Under the pieces are notes generated by a model. It saw nothing but the letters and a program-made list of their open reading frames with translations, was not told where the DNA came from and ran no database searches. Below are positions 9,785-20,648 of a stretch of DNA of 64,000 nucleotides, in pieces (position 1 is the first letter of the stretch; each line of letters opens with the position of its first letter). Source of the DNA: Bdellovibrio sp. (GTDB lineage: Bacteria > Bdellovibrionota > Bdellovibrionia > Bdellovibrionales > Bdellovibrionaceae). The stretch lies in the NCBI GenBank assembly GCA_046318155.1, contig JBKCUU010000058.1, positions 1-64,000 on the forward strand, written 5' to 3'. The position numbers and the translations under genes are program-made.

Positions 9785-11347
9785 TTAAAGCGGAATATTG
9801 CCGTGTTTTTTAGGCGGCATGATGTCGCGTTTGTTTTTAAGCATTTCAAGCGAGTCAATCAGTCGGCGACGAGTGAGTGCAGGCTCGATCACTTCGTCCG
9901 TGTAGCCCAGTTCAGCTGAAACGTAGGGGTTCGAGAACTTTTGCTCGTATTCCTTTATCAACTTTGCTTTTTCGCCAACGGGATCCGAGGCTTTTGCAAT
10001 TTTATCTCGGAAGATGATATTCACCGCTCCCTCAGCTCCCATCACGGCAATTTCTGCCGTGGGGTAAGCCAAGTTAATGTCAGAGCGCAAAAGCTTAGAG
10101 CCCATGACAATGTAGGCGCCGCCGTAAGCTTTGCGAGTGATGAGGGTAATCTTAGGCACCGTCGCCTCAGCATAAGCGTACAAGAGCTTCGCCCCATGGG
10201 TGATGATCCCTTTCCATTCTTGATCTGTACCCGGCAAAAAGCCCGGGACGTCGACAAAAGAAACAATCGGAATGTTGAACGAATCACAGAGACGGATAAA
10301 GCGCGCCGCCTTACGACTGGCTTCGATATCCAAGCAACCCGCCAAAACTTGCGGTTGATTGGCAACAATTCCGACCGAGCGGCCGTTCAGGCGTGCAAAG
10401 CCGACGATCACATTCATTGCAAAATGCTTGTGCACCTCAAGAAAATAATGTTCATCGACCACTTCCGTGATGAGTCCAAGCATGTCGTAAGGTTTTTTAG
10501 GACTGTCAGGAATAAAGCCATTGAGCATCTCACACATACGGTCGGGTCGGTCCGTTGTCGGCAAGACGGGAGGCTCATCTAAATTGTTTGAAGGCAAGAA
10601 GCCCAAGAGCTCGCGAATCATTAAAAGCGTGTGTTTATCATCTTCGCAGGCAAAGTGAGCAACGCCCGATTTTTGTGAGTGCGTGATCGCGCCACCAAGA
10701 TCTTCTTTCGTCACATCTTCATGAGTGACGGTTTTTATAACGTCAGGTCCCGTCACAAACATGTAAGACGTCTTTTTCACCATAAAAACAAAGTCGGTAA
10801 TGGATGGAGAATAAACGGCGCCGCCCGCACAGGGCCCCATGATGCCTGTGATTTGCGGGACAACCCCCGAGGCCATCACGTTGCGGGTAAAGATGTCAGC
10901 GTAACCGCCCAAAGATTCAATCCCCTCTTGAATGCGCGCACCACCCGAGTCGTTAAGCCCAACCACAGGAGCTCCGTTTTTCAACGCCAGATCCATGATC
11001 TTACAAATTTTGTTCGCTTGTGTGCGAGACATCGAGCCACCGATCACGGTGAAGTCTTGAGAGTAGGCGTAAACGAGCTTTCCGTTCACGCGCCCGTGAC
11101 CCGTGATCACGCCATCACCAGGAACTTTACTGTCCCCCATACCAAAGTTTGTGCAACTGTGAGTAACAAAACGGTCCATTTCAACAAAACTGCCGGGATC
11201 GAGCAAAATATCCAAACGCTCTCGGGCCGTCAGGCGGCCGCCTTGCTTATGCTTGCCCGTTCTTGCGGCGCCGCCGCCCTGAAGGGCAACCTCATTTCGC
11301 CGCTCAAGATCTTGAAGCTTGGCCTGGGTTACTTGTTCTAGTTCCAT
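9785..11347 (-). CDS. pccB: Acyl-CoA (propionyl/methylmalonyl-CoA type) carboxyltransferase beta subunit
   Basis: [38 protein letters not shown]-terminus. Confidence 0.92.
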   Translation of the reverse strand: MELEQVTQAKLQDLERRNEVALQGGGAARTGKHKQGGRLTARERLDILLDPGSFVEMDRFVTHSCTNFGMGDSKVPGDGVITGHGRVNGKLVYAYSQDFTVIGGSMSRTQANKICKIMDLALKNGAPVVGLNDSGGARIQEGIESLGGYADIFTRNVMASGVVPQITGIMGPCAGGAVYSPSITDFVFMVKKTSYMFVTGPDVIKTVTHEDVTKEDLGGAITHSQKSGVAHFACEDDKHTLLMIRELLGFLPSNNLDEPPVLPTTDRPDRMCEMLNGFIPDSPKKPYDMLGLITEVVDEHYFLEVHKHFAMNVIVGFARLNGRSVGIVANQPQVLAGCLDIEASRKAARFIRLCDSFNIPIVSFVDVPGFLPGTDQEWKGIITHGAKLLYAYAEATVPKITLITRKAYGGAYIVMGSKLLRSDINLAYPTAEIAVMGAEGAVNIIFRDKIAKASDPVGEKAKLIKEYEQKFSNPYVSAELGYTDEVIEPALTRRRLIDSLEMLKNKRDIMPPKKHGNIPL

Positions 11348-11427
11348 GTCTCGTTTTCCTTTCAGAAAAAAATTGAAAGCAATATTCGGTCAGCGGCGGC
11401 GCCCTCAGCAGCCGCCAGATAAATCGA

Positions 11428-12717
11428 TCAGGGGTAACTCCGTCCGTAAAGACGAGGGAAGGGAATGGTTTCTCGAATATGCGGAAGGCCGCAGATCCAA
11501 GCCACTGTGCGCTCAAGTCCCAAGCCAAATCCCGAGTGTGGGAAGGAGCCGTAGCGACGCAAATCGTTGTACCATTTAAAATCTTCATCACGGAGCTCGT
11601 GTTCTCGGATCTTGCGTTCCAAGATCGCCAGGTTGTCTTCGCGCTGTCCGCCGCCAATGATTTCACCGTAACCTTCAGTGGCCAGCAAATCGCAACCCAT
11701 GGCATAGCCTTGATCTTGCGGATCTTCTTTCATATAGAAAGCTTTGACGGCTGCGGGGTAGTGATGAACAAAGACGGGCTTGTCATACTTCGTTGAGATG
11801 ATGGTTTCATCCGGCGCGCCAAAATCATCACCAATCATGAACTCTGGATTTTCTTTCTTCACCATCTCAGCCGCTTCACGGTAGTGCAAGCGGGGGAACG
11901 GCCCTTTGATCGGTGCTAGTTTCGACAGATCACGCTCCAAAGATTTAAGCTCCGCTTCTTTGTTTTTAAGTGTGCGCTGAACAACGTACTCAACAAACTG
12001 CTCGGCCAGCTCCATGTTGTCGTACATGTCATTGAAGGCAACTTCGGGTTCTACCATCCAAAACTCAATCAAATGCCGGCGCGTTTTTGATTTTTCAGCG
12101 CGAAAGGTCGGACCAAAACAATACACCTTACCAAGAGCTGCGGCCGTCGCTTCCATGTAGAGCTGTCCGCTTTGAGAGAGGTACATCTTCTCATCAAAGA
12201 ACTTAGTTTCAAAAAGGTTCGAAGTGCCTTCGCACGCACTCGGGGTAAAAACGGGTGCGTCTGTCAGAGTAAAACCACGGCCATCAAAAAAGTCGCGGAT
12301 GGCACCAATGATTTCGGCCCGAACGCGCAAAATGGCGTGCTGGCGTTTTGAGCGCAGCCACAAGTGGCGGTTTTCCATTAAGAAATCAGTTCCGTGATCT
12401 TTTGGAGTAATGGGGTAGTCCACCGAGGCACCGATGACCTCAAGAGTTTCGGCGCCCAATTCAAAAACATTCTCATGCTTGGGGTGCTTACGAACTGTGC
12501 CCACCACTTTGACCGAGCACTCTTGCGTGAGTCTATCAAACGTGGCCAGCGCTTCTTCGGCGCATTCACCGCGAAAGAAAATACAGGGCACGATCCCAGT
12601 GCCATCGCGAAGCTCAAGAAACTTCACTTTTCCGGAAGACCGTGTTTGATAAGCCCAGCCTTTGAGTTCAACTTTTTGACCGACGTATTTGGCCAGGTCC
12701 GAAATATAATAGCGCAT
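11428..12717 (-). CDS. asnS: Asparagine--tRNA ligase
   Basis: [51 protein letters not shown]. Confidence 0.95.
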   Translation of the reverse strand: MRYYISDLAKYVGQKVELKGWAYQTRSSGKVKFLELRDGTGIVPCIFFRGECAEEALATFDRLTQECSVKVVGTVRKHPKHENVFELGAETLEVIGASVDYPITPKDHGTDFLMENRHLWLRSKRQHAILRVRAEIIGAIRDFFDGRGFTLTDAPVFTPSACEGTSNLFETKFFDEKMYLSQSGQLYMEATAAALGKVYCFGPTFRAEKSKTRRHLIEFWMVEPEVAFNDMYDNMELAEQFVEYVVQRTLKNKEAELKSLERDLSKLAPIKGPFPRLHYREAAEMVKKENPEFMIGDDFGAPDETIISTKYDKPVFVHHYPAAVKAFYMKEDPQDQGYAMGCDLLATEGYGEIIGGGQREDNLAILERKIREHELRDEDFKWYNDLRRYGSFPHSGFGLGLERTVAWICGLPHIRETIPFPRLYGRSYP

Positions 12718-12835
12718 GTTTTTCCTCGAGAAAGAGGCGCGAACGAAAGGCGTGCGGACCTCGATTTAAGCTCGAATTTTTAACATGCGACAATTTGTCG
12801 GCACACCAGAATTTCAAAGGGATAGAAGCGTCACG

Positions 12836-14083
12836 TCACGGAACAAGACGCCTAATCTCTTCTAGTGCTCTACGCACATTCAGACGCCCTCGGGTCATGA
12901 CGCGGTAGTCCTTCACCTCGACAGACGTCATCAAGGCCTGCCTAACTTGAGCCAAGGTGGCTTGAGGTTTTGCACTCCAAAGCAGGGCCGCGGCACCGGT
13001 TACAAAGGGGGCTGCCATGCTTGTTCCACTCAAGTAGCCGTAACCACCTGGAACGGTACTGTAAATTTGATCCCCAGGAGCCGCGAAGTGGACGTACTTG
13101 TAGCTCGAGTTCGAGAACCCAGCGTAAAAATCTGAAGACCGAGTCGCACCGATCGTCAATTGAGCCGGCAACTCAAACGCCGCCGGAAACTCAGGCTTGA
13201 TATCCAAGTCGTTGCCTTCATTCCCGGCCGCAACCACAAACAAAACTCCCTGTGCTTCAAGAGCTTGAATCGTGCTTTTCAAAGACGACGAACAGTAAGT
13301 TCCGCCCCAGCTCGCATTGATGACTTTTACGCCGCGGCCCGAAACGTACTGGATCGCATTGATGGCAGCACCCAGGGTCCCGCCGCCACCTTGATCCATA
13401 AAATTGGCAGGAACCAGGGTTGCTCGGGGAGCCACCCCAGGAAGTGATCCGGTGTTGTGATCAGCTAAAATAATCCCAGCCACGTGAGTGCCATGAACGT
13501 TACCAGCTTTAATCGTGGGTTGCGGTTTGTTTTCATAAAAATCCCAACCATACTTGTCATCGGGGTAACCATTGTTATCATCGTCAAAGCCGATCGTGCC
13601 GCTGATTTCAGGCAGGTTTGGGTCTAAGCGAGGATTCAGCTGCGCGTGATTATAGTCAACGGCGGCGTCCACAACTCCGACTTTCACACCTTGACCGCGA
13701 ACGCCCTGATTCCAGGCCGCATCCGCCTCAATGATCGACTGACCCCAGGTTGTCTGACTAAATGTCAGCGCTTCGGACTCGACGAGCTGAGAGTCTTCTT
13801 GGTTGAGCCAAACGGGACGGTCAAATTCGACATAGCGAATTTGCTCGAGCCGCGGCTTTAAGAACTTCTCAATGAAAACAGATTTGTTCTCGGCGGTTTC
13901 CGTGGTCACGAGGCCATCTTCCCATGTCACCAAGAATCGATTTTCGATTTTGGCACCCTCACAGGCAAACGCGCTATTTGAGCTTTCGGGAAAGGTTCCG
14001 CTGACGGACTTCTGACTACAAGCTGCGATTACAAGAAGAGAGATCAAAAGCCCACTGACTTTGGCAAAGGCACGAACATCCAT
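12836..14083 (-). CDS. S8 subtilisin-like serine protease, probable lipoprotein
   Basis: Catalytic D (VGVVD), H (HGTHVAG), S (GTSMAAP); AAGN oxyanion motif; lipobox IAAC; GAGGAG 5 nt before ATG 14083. Confidence 0.92.
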   Translation of the reverse strand: MDVRAFAKVSGLLISLLVIAACSQKSVSGTFPESSNSAFACEGAKIENRFLVTWEDGLVTTETAENKSVFIEKFLKPRLEQIRYVEFDRPVWLNQEDSQLVESEALTFSQTTWGQSIIEADAAWNQGVRGQGVKVGVVDAAVDYNHAQLNPRLDPNLPEISGTIGFDDDNNGYPDDKYGWDFYENKPQPTIKAGNVHGTHVAGIILADHNTGSLPGVAPRATLVPANFMDQGGGGTLGAAINAIQYVSGRGVKVINASWGGTYCSSSLKSTIQALEAQGVLFVVAAGNEGNDLDIKPEFPAAFELPAQLTIGATRSSDFYAGFSNSSYKYVHFAAPGDQIYSTVPGGYGYLSGTSMAAPFVTGAAALLWSAKPQATLAQVRQALMTSVEVKDYRVMTRGRLNVRRALEEIRRLVP

Positions 14084-14251
14084 GTTCACTCCTCAAGTGG
14101 GTCTTACGTTTCAGCATGAAGACGTGTTTGCAGCCCCTTGTGGTTAACTCATCGGCGTTTCAGTTTGAAACTCGAGATGGACTTTCGGATGAGTTTAAGT
14201 TCAACCGGGGACCCCGGTAGTGGACGATGGTCGAGCTTTTTGATTTGAGAT

Positions 14252-15568
14252 CTACGACAGGTATTCTCGGATCAGGGTCGGAGCCGTCACTTTATTTTCA
14301 GAATAAGAAACGCAACTCAGGAGTTCGGCTTGGACATTTAACAAAAGTGAGCTGTCGTTTCCATAAAGAGTAAAAAGAGGCTCACCCGGGCGAACAAAGT
14401 CACCTATTTTGGCATGAAACTCAATTCCAGCAGTGGGCTCAATAAGATCGGTGGTTTGCGCGCGTCCGGCTTTAATTTTAACGCCGATCCAGCCGATTGT
14501 TTCGGTTTCAAAGCCAGAAACAAAGCCCTCACAATCGGCCAGGACTTCAACGCGATTCTTCGGCGCTGGGAGTTCGCTCAAGCGGCCCGAGTGAAGATGG
14601 CAAAGCTCTTCAAACTTTTGGTAGGCTCGTCCTGAATCTAAGATTTGCACGGCCTCTCGGTAACAAGTTTCGAGATCTGGGTAAGTGCCACTTAAAAACA
14701 TCATCGATGCTGAGAGGCGAAGCGAAAGTTCGCGAGTTTCTTGAGACCGATCAACTCCGCGCGCATCTAAAACGGGTTCACCCCGCATGATCCGAACGCA
14801 CTCCTCAACCTCAAGTGAATTGCCCGCATAAGAACCTAAGGGTTGCTCCATGCTGGTCATAAAGGTGGCAACTTTTTTGCCCGCGCCTCGCGCGATTTCC
14901 ATCAAGCGCAAAGCCAGCTCTCGGGACTTGTCGTAATCTTTCATGAAGGCGCCCGAGCCAAATTTGACATCCAGAACAAGCGCGTCGATACCCTCAGCTA
15001 ATTTTTTTGACATGATGCTTGCGCAGATGAGCGGCAAACTTTCAACCGTGGCGGTGACGTCGCGAAGGGCGTAGATTTTCTTATCAGCAGGACAGATCTC
15101 TTTTGTCTGACCGATGAAGCAGATCGAGTGGGCCGCGAGCGCTTTTCGAAACTGATCCAAATCTAATTGAGTATTGAAGCCAGGAATGGACTCAAGCTTA
15201 TCGAGCGTGCCGCCAGTATGCCCAAGTCCGCGTCCCGAGATCATGGGGACCGCAAATCCGGCAGCGGCCACGATCGGGCCGAGAATCAGACTGGTTTTAT
15301 CGCCGACACCACCCGTTGAGTGCTTGTCGACCTTAAATTTTTTGAGGGTGCTCAGGTCCAAGACGATGCCTGAGTGAAGCATTTCCTGAGTGAGCGTGAG
15401 GGTTTCTTCTTTCGTCATCCCCTTAAAATAAATGGCCATCAGCAGCGCCGACATCTGATAGTCAGGGATTGCTCCTGCCGTATAGCCCCGAATAAAAGTT
15501 GAAATCTCTTGAGGCGAGAGGGCTCCGCCCTCGCGTTTTTTCTTAATGACCGTTGCCGGGACGAACAT
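14252..15568 (-). CDS. pdp: Pyrimidine-nucleoside/thymidine phosphorylase (Pdp/DeoA)
   Basis: DKHSTGGVGDKTS, SGRGLGHTGGTLDKLE, SIMSKK. Confidence 0.94.
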   Translation of the reverse strand: MFVPATVIKKKREGGALSPQEISTFIRGYTAGAIPDYQMSALLMAIYFKGMTKEETLTLTQEMLHSGIVLDLSTLKKFKVDKHSTGGVGDKTSLILGPIVAAAGFAVPMISGRGLGHTGGTLDKLESIPGFNTQLDLDQFRKALAAHSICFIGQTKEICPADKKIYALRDVTATVESLPLICASIMSKKLAEGIDALVLDVKFGSGAFMKDYDKSRELALRLMEIARGAGKKVATFMTSMEQPLGSYAGNSLEVEECVRIMRGEPVLDARGVDRSQETRELSLRLSASMMFLSGTYPDLETCYREAVQILDSGRAYQKFEELCHLHSGRLSELPAPKNRVEVLADCEGFVSGFETETIGWIGVKIKAGRAQTTDLIEPTAGIEFHAKIGDFVRPGEPLFTLYGNDSSLLLNVQAELLSCVSYSENKVTAPTLIREYLS

Positions 15569-16230
15569 TAATAACCGCCCGCTGTTTTTTCGTTCTGAAC
15601 CAGCTGAACGCCCGCGCTTGTGCCCAGTCGGGTTGCACCAGCCTCGAGCAGCAACAAAGCATGAGCTTGAGTTTTAATGCCGCCGCTGGCCTTGACGCCA
15701 AAGTCAGGCCCAACGGCTGCGCGCATGAGCAGAATGTCTTCAACAGTGGCATTGCCAATATTAAAACCGGTGCATGTTTTTACAAAGTGAGCACCCGCAT
15801 TGACGGCCAAGTCACAGGCCGCGCGTTTTTCTTCGGAGTTGAGAAGTCCGATTTCTAAAATCACTTTGAGCTTAGCCATGCCGCAAGCTTTGGCGACCTC
15901 CGCAATATCAGCCTTAACCGCCGCGAAGTTTTTTTCTTTCAAGGCGCCAATATTCAAAACCATATCAATTTCGTCAGCTCCCTGGTTTACGCACCACTCA
16001 GCCTCAAAGGCCTTGGTTCGGCTGCTCATGGCCCCTAAGGGAAACCCAACCACGGCAACCGAAGCGACTGCGCTTCCCTTGAGCTCTGCAACGACTGTTG
16101 GCATCCACACCGAATTTACGCAAACACCAAAAAACTTGTGTTCAAGAGCCTCTTTGCAGGTCTTTACAATTTGCTCTTTGCTGGCTTCTGGCTTCAGAAG
16201 CGTATGGTCGATGTAGGATGCAAGTTGCAT
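15568..16230 (-). CDS. deoC: Deoxyribose-phosphate aldolase
   Basis: IDHTLLKP, VVGFPLG, GADEIDMV, FVKTCTGF, VKASGGI. Start set to ATG 16230. Confidence 0.95.
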   Translation of the reverse strand: MQLASYIDHTLLKPEASKEQIVKTCKEALEHKFFGVCVNSVWMPTVVAELKGSAVASVAVVGFPLGAMSSRTKAFEAEWCVNQGADEIDMVLNIGALKEKNFAAVKADIAEVAKACGMAKLKVILEIGLLNSEEKRAACDLAVNAGAHFVKTCTGFNIGNATVEDILLMRAAVGPDFGVKASGGIKTQAHALLLLEAGATRLGTSAGVQLVQNEKTAGGY

Positions 16231-16278
16231 AAACACGCTCTCTTTACAACAATCGGTTCTAGCGGAGAGTAGCACAGC

Positions 16279-16602
16279 ATGAATGAAAGTCAAAACGCGC
16301 AGGCCTACCAAATCTTTTCTCACGGGTTGGTTCAAGGGGTCAGCTACCGCCGGTTCATTCAGCAACACGCGCGAAATCTGCAGCTCACGGGCTGGACTCG
16401 TAATCTTGGCGATGGGCGGGTCGAAACTTATGTGGTTGTTCTGCGCAAAGATCAGCTTGATAACTTCACACAGATCTTAAGGCGTGGGCCGCATCGAAGC
16501 CGTGTCGATAAGCTCGAAATTTTACCGGCCGCTTTCGAGGTTATTCAGGGATTTGAAATTCGAGAGTCCTTCTACAAAACCAAAAATCAAGCCGGGGACT
16601 AG
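16279..16602 (+). CDS. acyP: Acylphosphatase
   Basis: GLVQGVSYRR and TGWTRNLGDGRVE signatures. Confidence 0.9.
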   Translation: MNESQNAQAYQIFSHGLVQGVSYRRFIQQHARNLQLTGWTRNLGDGRVETYVVVLRKDQLDNFTQILRRGPHRSRVDKLEILPAAFEVIQGFEIRESFYKTKNQAGD

Positions 16603-17657
16603 CCAGCCTTATTGATCTCATCGTCGTTTTTGCCAAGAAATGAATTGGCATCTTCGCGCGAGATTTTACCGCGCTTCAAGAGCTCCTCAATCGACTTTTC
16701 AAACAGGATCATGCCGTGGCGCGAACCAGTTTGAATGGCAGATGGAATTTGGTGGTTTTTGCCTTCACGAATCAAGTTTGCTATGGCGCGCGTACAGCGC
16801 ATAATTTCATAGGCAGCGATTCGGCCTTGACCGTCGGCACGCCTAAATAAAGTTTGAGCGATAACGCCGCGAAGCGATTCGGCAAGCATTGTGCGAATCT
16901 GCTGCTGCTGGCCCTCGGGAAACACATCAATGATACGATCAATCGTTTTTGCGGCTGAGTTGGTGTGCAAGGTAGCAAAGACCAAATGACCGGTCTCTGC
17001 CGCCGTCAGGGCCAAAGAAATCGTTTCGAGGTCACGCATCTCTCCGACAAGCAAGATATCTGGATCTTCACGAAGGGATGATTTCAGGGCATTCGCAAAC
17101 GACTTTGTGTGCGTTCCAACCTCACGTTGATTCACCAAGCTCTTGATATTTTGGTGAACAAACTCGATGGGATCTTCAACCGTGATGATATGAGAATCTT
17201 TGTTATGATTGATATGGTGAATCAAGGCCGCGAGCGTCGTCGACTTGCCTGAACCTGTGGGTCCCGTGACCAAGACAAGGCCTTTTTCGCAATCGATCAA
17301 ATCCATCAAAGACTTTGGTAATTGAAGCTCTTCGGACGTTTTAATTTTTTCCGGAATGACGCGAAAAACAGCGCCAAGTCCTTTGCGTTGCATGAAGACG
17401 TTGGTTCGAAACCGGCCCAAGCCGGGAACTTGGTAGGCAAAATCCAGCTCCCATTTTTCGACAAACACCTTTTTTTGCTTTTCAGTCAAGATTTCGAAAA
17501 TGAGGCCTTGAACCTCTTGATTCGAGAATTCGCGGTATTGGGATAAAGGGAGCATTCCGCCGTGAACACGCAGAAAGGGACTTGCGCCGGTCGTGATGTG
17601 CAAATCTGACGCATTTTGATCAATCATTTCTTTAAGCAGTCCATCGATGCTTGCCAT
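16599..17657 (-). CDS. pilT: Type IV pilus retraction ATPase PilT
   Basis: ASDLHI, TGPTGSGKSTT, EDPIEF, LREDPD, GEMRD, AETGHLVFATLH, AIANLIRE. Confidence 0.95.
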   Translation of the reverse strand: MASIDGLLKEMIDQNASDLHITTGASPFLRVHGGMLPLSQYREFSNQEVQGLIFEILTEKQKKVFVEKWELDFAYQVPGLGRFRTNVFMQRKGLGAVFRVIPEKIKTSEELQLPKSLMDLIDCEKGLVLVTGPTGSGKSTTLAALIHHINHNKDSHIITVEDPIEFVHQNIKSLVNQREVGTHTKSFANALKSSLREDPDILLVGEMRDLETISLALTAAETGHLVFATLHTNSAAKTIDRIIDVFPEGQQQQIRTMLAESLRGVIAQTLFRRADGQGRIAAYEIMRCTRAIANLIREGKNHQIPSAIQTGSRHGMILFEKSIEELLKRGKISREDANSFLGKNDDEINKAG

Positions 17658-17678
17658 GCGGGGTTTCCTTCCTACAAA

Positions 17679-17706
17679 CTATCGGTCGTATCGAGTGAGG
17701 ACTTAA
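17679..17706 (-). promoter_or_regulatory. Candidate sigma28 (FliA)-type promoter of pilT
   Basis: Minus strand TTAAG-N15-ACCGATAG, followed by SD AGGAAGG and the ATG. Confidence 0.6.
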
Positions 17707-17735
17707 GGTTCCGGACTTCCATCTAGGCAGGTCAC

Positions 17736-19250
17736 ATGGCAGCAGAAATTCTGATTAACGTGCGTCCGCAAGAAACGCGGGTTGCCTATGTCGAGGGCGG
17801 CGTCCTCAATGACTTGAAGATCGAACGCAAGACATCCCCGACTTTGGTCGGCTCTATTCATCGCGGTAAAGTCATTCGAGTTTTGCCTGGTATGCAGGCG
17901 GCCTTTGTTGATATTGGTTTAGACCGCGCGGCGTTTCTTTATGTCGGTGATATTCGAGAAGAGAATGATGAGATCGCCGATCGCGAAAGTGGCCCCACTG
18001 CCTTGATTGATGACGAAGTTGAAGATCTGCCGCCGCCGTCACCAAAAACGCCGATTCAAGATCTTCTCAAAGAAGGTCAGCACATTTTGGTTCAGGTCGC
18101 GAAAGACCCCATCGGCACGAAGGGCGCGCGTCTCACAACGCATTTGTCACTGCCGGGCCGCTTCGTCGTGTTTTTGCCGACCGTTAAGCATCTCGGAATT
18201 TCTCGGCGGATCGAAAGTGAAAACGAGCGTGAGCGCCTTCGTGTTTCGGTGCAAAAACTCAACCCCTCGGGCGGCGTGATTGTGCGAACCGCGGGCGAGA
18301 ACGCAGCCGAAGAGAGTCTAAAGGCCGACATCGACTATTTGGATCGGCTTAGTAAGGAGATCCTCAAAAATTATGAGAAGAAAAAAAACATCGGCCTGAT
18401 CCATCAAGAAATCGACGTCGAGCTGCGGGCCTTGCGTGATTTGATGAACGAGCAAGTTTCGGCTGTCTGGGTGGACGATGAAGAGGTCCATAAAAAAGTA
18501 TCGAAGTTCGTTTCACAGCTCATGCCGAAATACAAACAAAACATCATCTTGTATGAAGAACAAAAACCCTTGTTCGATATGTACGATATTGATTTGGAGA
18601 TTTCGCGCTCGATGGACCGCAAAATTTGGCTCAAATCAGGGGGCTACATCGTCGTCGATGAAGCCGAGGCGTTGGTTGTGATTGACGTCAATACGGGTCG
18701 TTATGTCGGCAAAAAAGACCTTGAAGATACGATTCTTAAAACCAATCTCGAGGCGGTCAAGGAGATCGCACATCAACTACGGATTCGAAACTGCGGCGGA
18801 ATTATCATTATCGATTTCATCGACATGGAAAAAGAGTCGCACAAAGAAAAAGTGCTTTCGATGATGGCCGAAGAGCTGCAAAGAGACCGCGCGCGCACCA
18901 ATATTATTTCGATGTCGCCGCTCGGGCTCGTCGAGATGACGCGCAAACGGATTCGCCCCAGCTTGATTAAAGAACTGTGTGAGCCTTGCAATTACTGCGA
19001 AGGCAAGGGCCACGTCAAACGCAAGGCGACCATTGCCAATGAGATCTTTCGCGAACTTGAACGCGATCACGTGCAACCCCAAAATAAAAAAACCAACGTC
19101 ATGGTGCATTGCCAGTCCGGCGTGGTCGATTGGATCTACGAGGTCGAGGGTGAGACACTCGCGTTTATCGAGAAAAAGATCCACCGTTCGGTCACGTTCA
19201 AAATTGAACCTAGTTACCACATTGAGCAGTACGAAATCTTTGTCGTCTAA
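17736..19250 (+). CDS. rng: Rne/Rng family ribonuclease (RNase G size)
   Basis: S1 domain (VLPGMQAAFVDIG), IDVNTG, IDFIDM, CNYCEGKG; 504 aa with no RNase E scaffold tail. Confidence 0.92.
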   Translation: MAAEILINVRPQETRVAYVEGGVLNDLKIERKTSPTLVGSIHRGKVIRVLPGMQAAFVDIGLDRAAFLYVGDIREENDEIADRESGPTALIDDEVEDLPPPSPKTPIQDLLKEGQHILVQVAKDPIGTKGARLTTHLSLPGRFVVFLPTVKHLGISRRIESENERERLRVSVQKLNPSGGVIVRTAGENAAEESLKADIDYLDRLSKEILKNYEKKKNIGLIHQEIDVELRALRDLMNEQVSAVWVDDEEVHKKVSKFVSQLMPKYKQNIILYEEQKPLFDMYDIDLEISRSMDRKIWLKSGGYIVVDEAEALVVIDVNTGRYVGKKDLEDTILKTNLEAVKEIAHQLRIRNCGGIIIIDFIDMEKESHKEKVLSMMAEELQRDRARTNIISMSPLGLVEMTRKRIRPSLIKELCEPCNYCEGKGHVKRKATIANEIFRELERDHVQPQNKKTNVMVHCQSGVVDWIYEVEGETLAFIEKKIHRSVTFKIEPSYHIEQYEIFVV

Positions 19251-19283
19251 GAGCTTTAAGTATCGACGTTGAGCTTGATCGTC

Positions 19284-20237
19284 TTAGTCGGCTTCTTTGG
19301 CCGAGCCCGGGAGCCAGCCTTTTCGGTGAAACCAAACACCAATGGCCGACGTCATCATCGCCATCGACAGCAACACAAAATAATAGCCATTTTCAGTCTT
19401 GAGCTCGGGCATGTTTTCGAAGTTCATGCCATAGATACCAGCTAAAAAATTGAGCGGCATAAAAAAGACCGAGAACACCGTCAGAACCCTCATCACATCG
19501 TTGGTCTTCTGACTGTTGAGCGTAATTTGAATGTTCAAAAGGCTCGTGGCATCCTCGAGCAGCTCGTCCGTCAAGAAAACGAGTGTGTTCAAGTTTTCGC
19601 GCAAATCTTGAAACAAGGGCGAGAGCGTTTCGCCCGGGGGACTTAAGCGTTGAATCACATCTTGAGTATGAATTAAGATTCGCTTGGTCAAAGAAAGTCG
19701 CCGACGCACAATGTGAATTCCTCGAAGCATCTTGTTGTCGGCCTCACGTCCAAAAAGGGCCGACTCAAAGCTGTCGAGCTCATCCTCGGCTTTTTCGAGT
19801 GGAGTATTGTAAGACCGCAAGGCTCGATTCAAAAAGTTAACAAGGACCAGCGGCAGCTTATTCTCGTTGGCCGGTCCCGTACCCGAGCGGCGGTCTGCGG
19901 CATCTAAAAAACATTTTTCGGTTAAAACTTGAAATTGATCGGGATCGACCCGGTGAACTGTCACGATAAAGTCCGGCCCGACAAAGATGGCCACTTTTCG
20001 CGTCAGTCCTTGGATGGTATCGGCATCTTGGCCGGCTTCAGCATCAGCCAAACGAATAATCATAAAGACTGTACTACCGAGGCGCTCAAACTTGGGAAGA
20101 TGAATCGGGTCCACACAGTCTTGAACGAAGGCCGGATGCAGTTGAAATTCTTTCTGAATCTCGCTCAGTTCTTCACGTGAGGGGTGCGACAGATCGATCC
20201 AGCGAAACTTTTCGCATTGATGCAACATTCTGCGCAT
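19284..20237 (-). CDS. CorA family divalent cation transporter
   Basis: GIYGMNFENMPEL signature between two C-terminal TM helices. Confidence 0.92.
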   Translation of the reverse strand: MRRMLHQCEKFRWIDLSHPSREELSEIQKEFQLHPAFVQDCVDPIHLPKFERLGSTVFMIIRLADAEAGQDADTIQGLTRKVAIFVGPDFIVTVHRVDPDQFQVLTEKCFLDAADRRSGTGPANENKLPLVLVNFLNRALRSYNTPLEKAEDELDSFESALFGREADNKMLRGIHIVRRRLSLTKRILIHTQDVIQRLSPPGETLSPLFQDLRENLNTLVFLTDELLEDATSLLNIQITLNSQKTNDVMRVLTVFSVFFMPLNFLAGIYGMNFENMPELKTENGYYFVLLSMAMMTSAIGVWFHRKGWLPGSAKEAD

Positions 20238-20259
20238 GTGGCCCTCCCCCCCCGAGTTG

Positions 20260-20287
20260 TTATCGGCGGGCGACTCACATCAGTTGA
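20260..20287 (-). promoter_or_regulatory. Candidate sigma28 (FliA)-type promoter of the CorA gene
   Basis: Minus strand TCAAC-N15-GCCGATAA (perfect -10). Confidence 0.55.
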
Positions 20288-20648
20288 GGAGTCACCTCGA
20301 GAAGAGGCCAGCGAACTGGTGAGCAACGAGCAAAAAGCTGATGAGAACACAGAATCCAACGACGCTCAGAGAAGTCCTTTCCCCCTGATCTCAGCCTCGA
20401 GTCGGGCCTCGACCATCTGCCAAACGCAAAGCGTTAAGTATTTGTATGAACAAGATATTTCCAAAGGTCCAGACCGGGGTCCATTTTTACAAAGTCGGTG
20501 ACGCAATTTGCCCTTGACCCTGCCTGTACGAGCCGCAACTATTTCTGGTCCCGCTGTTGACAACGTTGGCACGGGCTGGCATTAACCTGGAGCTTCTGTC
20601 CCTCAATTTTTGTATTTGTGGGCTATTTGGTATCGTCGGAGGTTCGAC

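Noticed and set aside
9941..11341. Long + strand ORFs (213 and 220 aa), and similar ones such as 58782-59432 and 48064-48654
   Set aside because: They lie antisense to well-supported conserved genes and have no recognisable motifs
20293..20416. Hydrophobic minus-strand frame (…SVVGFCVLISFLLVAHQFAGLFSR*), a possible small membrane peptide or frameshifted ORF
   Set aside because: In-frame stop just upstream, no ATG/GTG start, and no canonical slippery site in the needed frame
20460..20600. Possible 6S RNA in the corA-rplU spacer
   Set aside because: I could not build the long terminal stem with a central bubble; divergent promoters and a leader explain the region better
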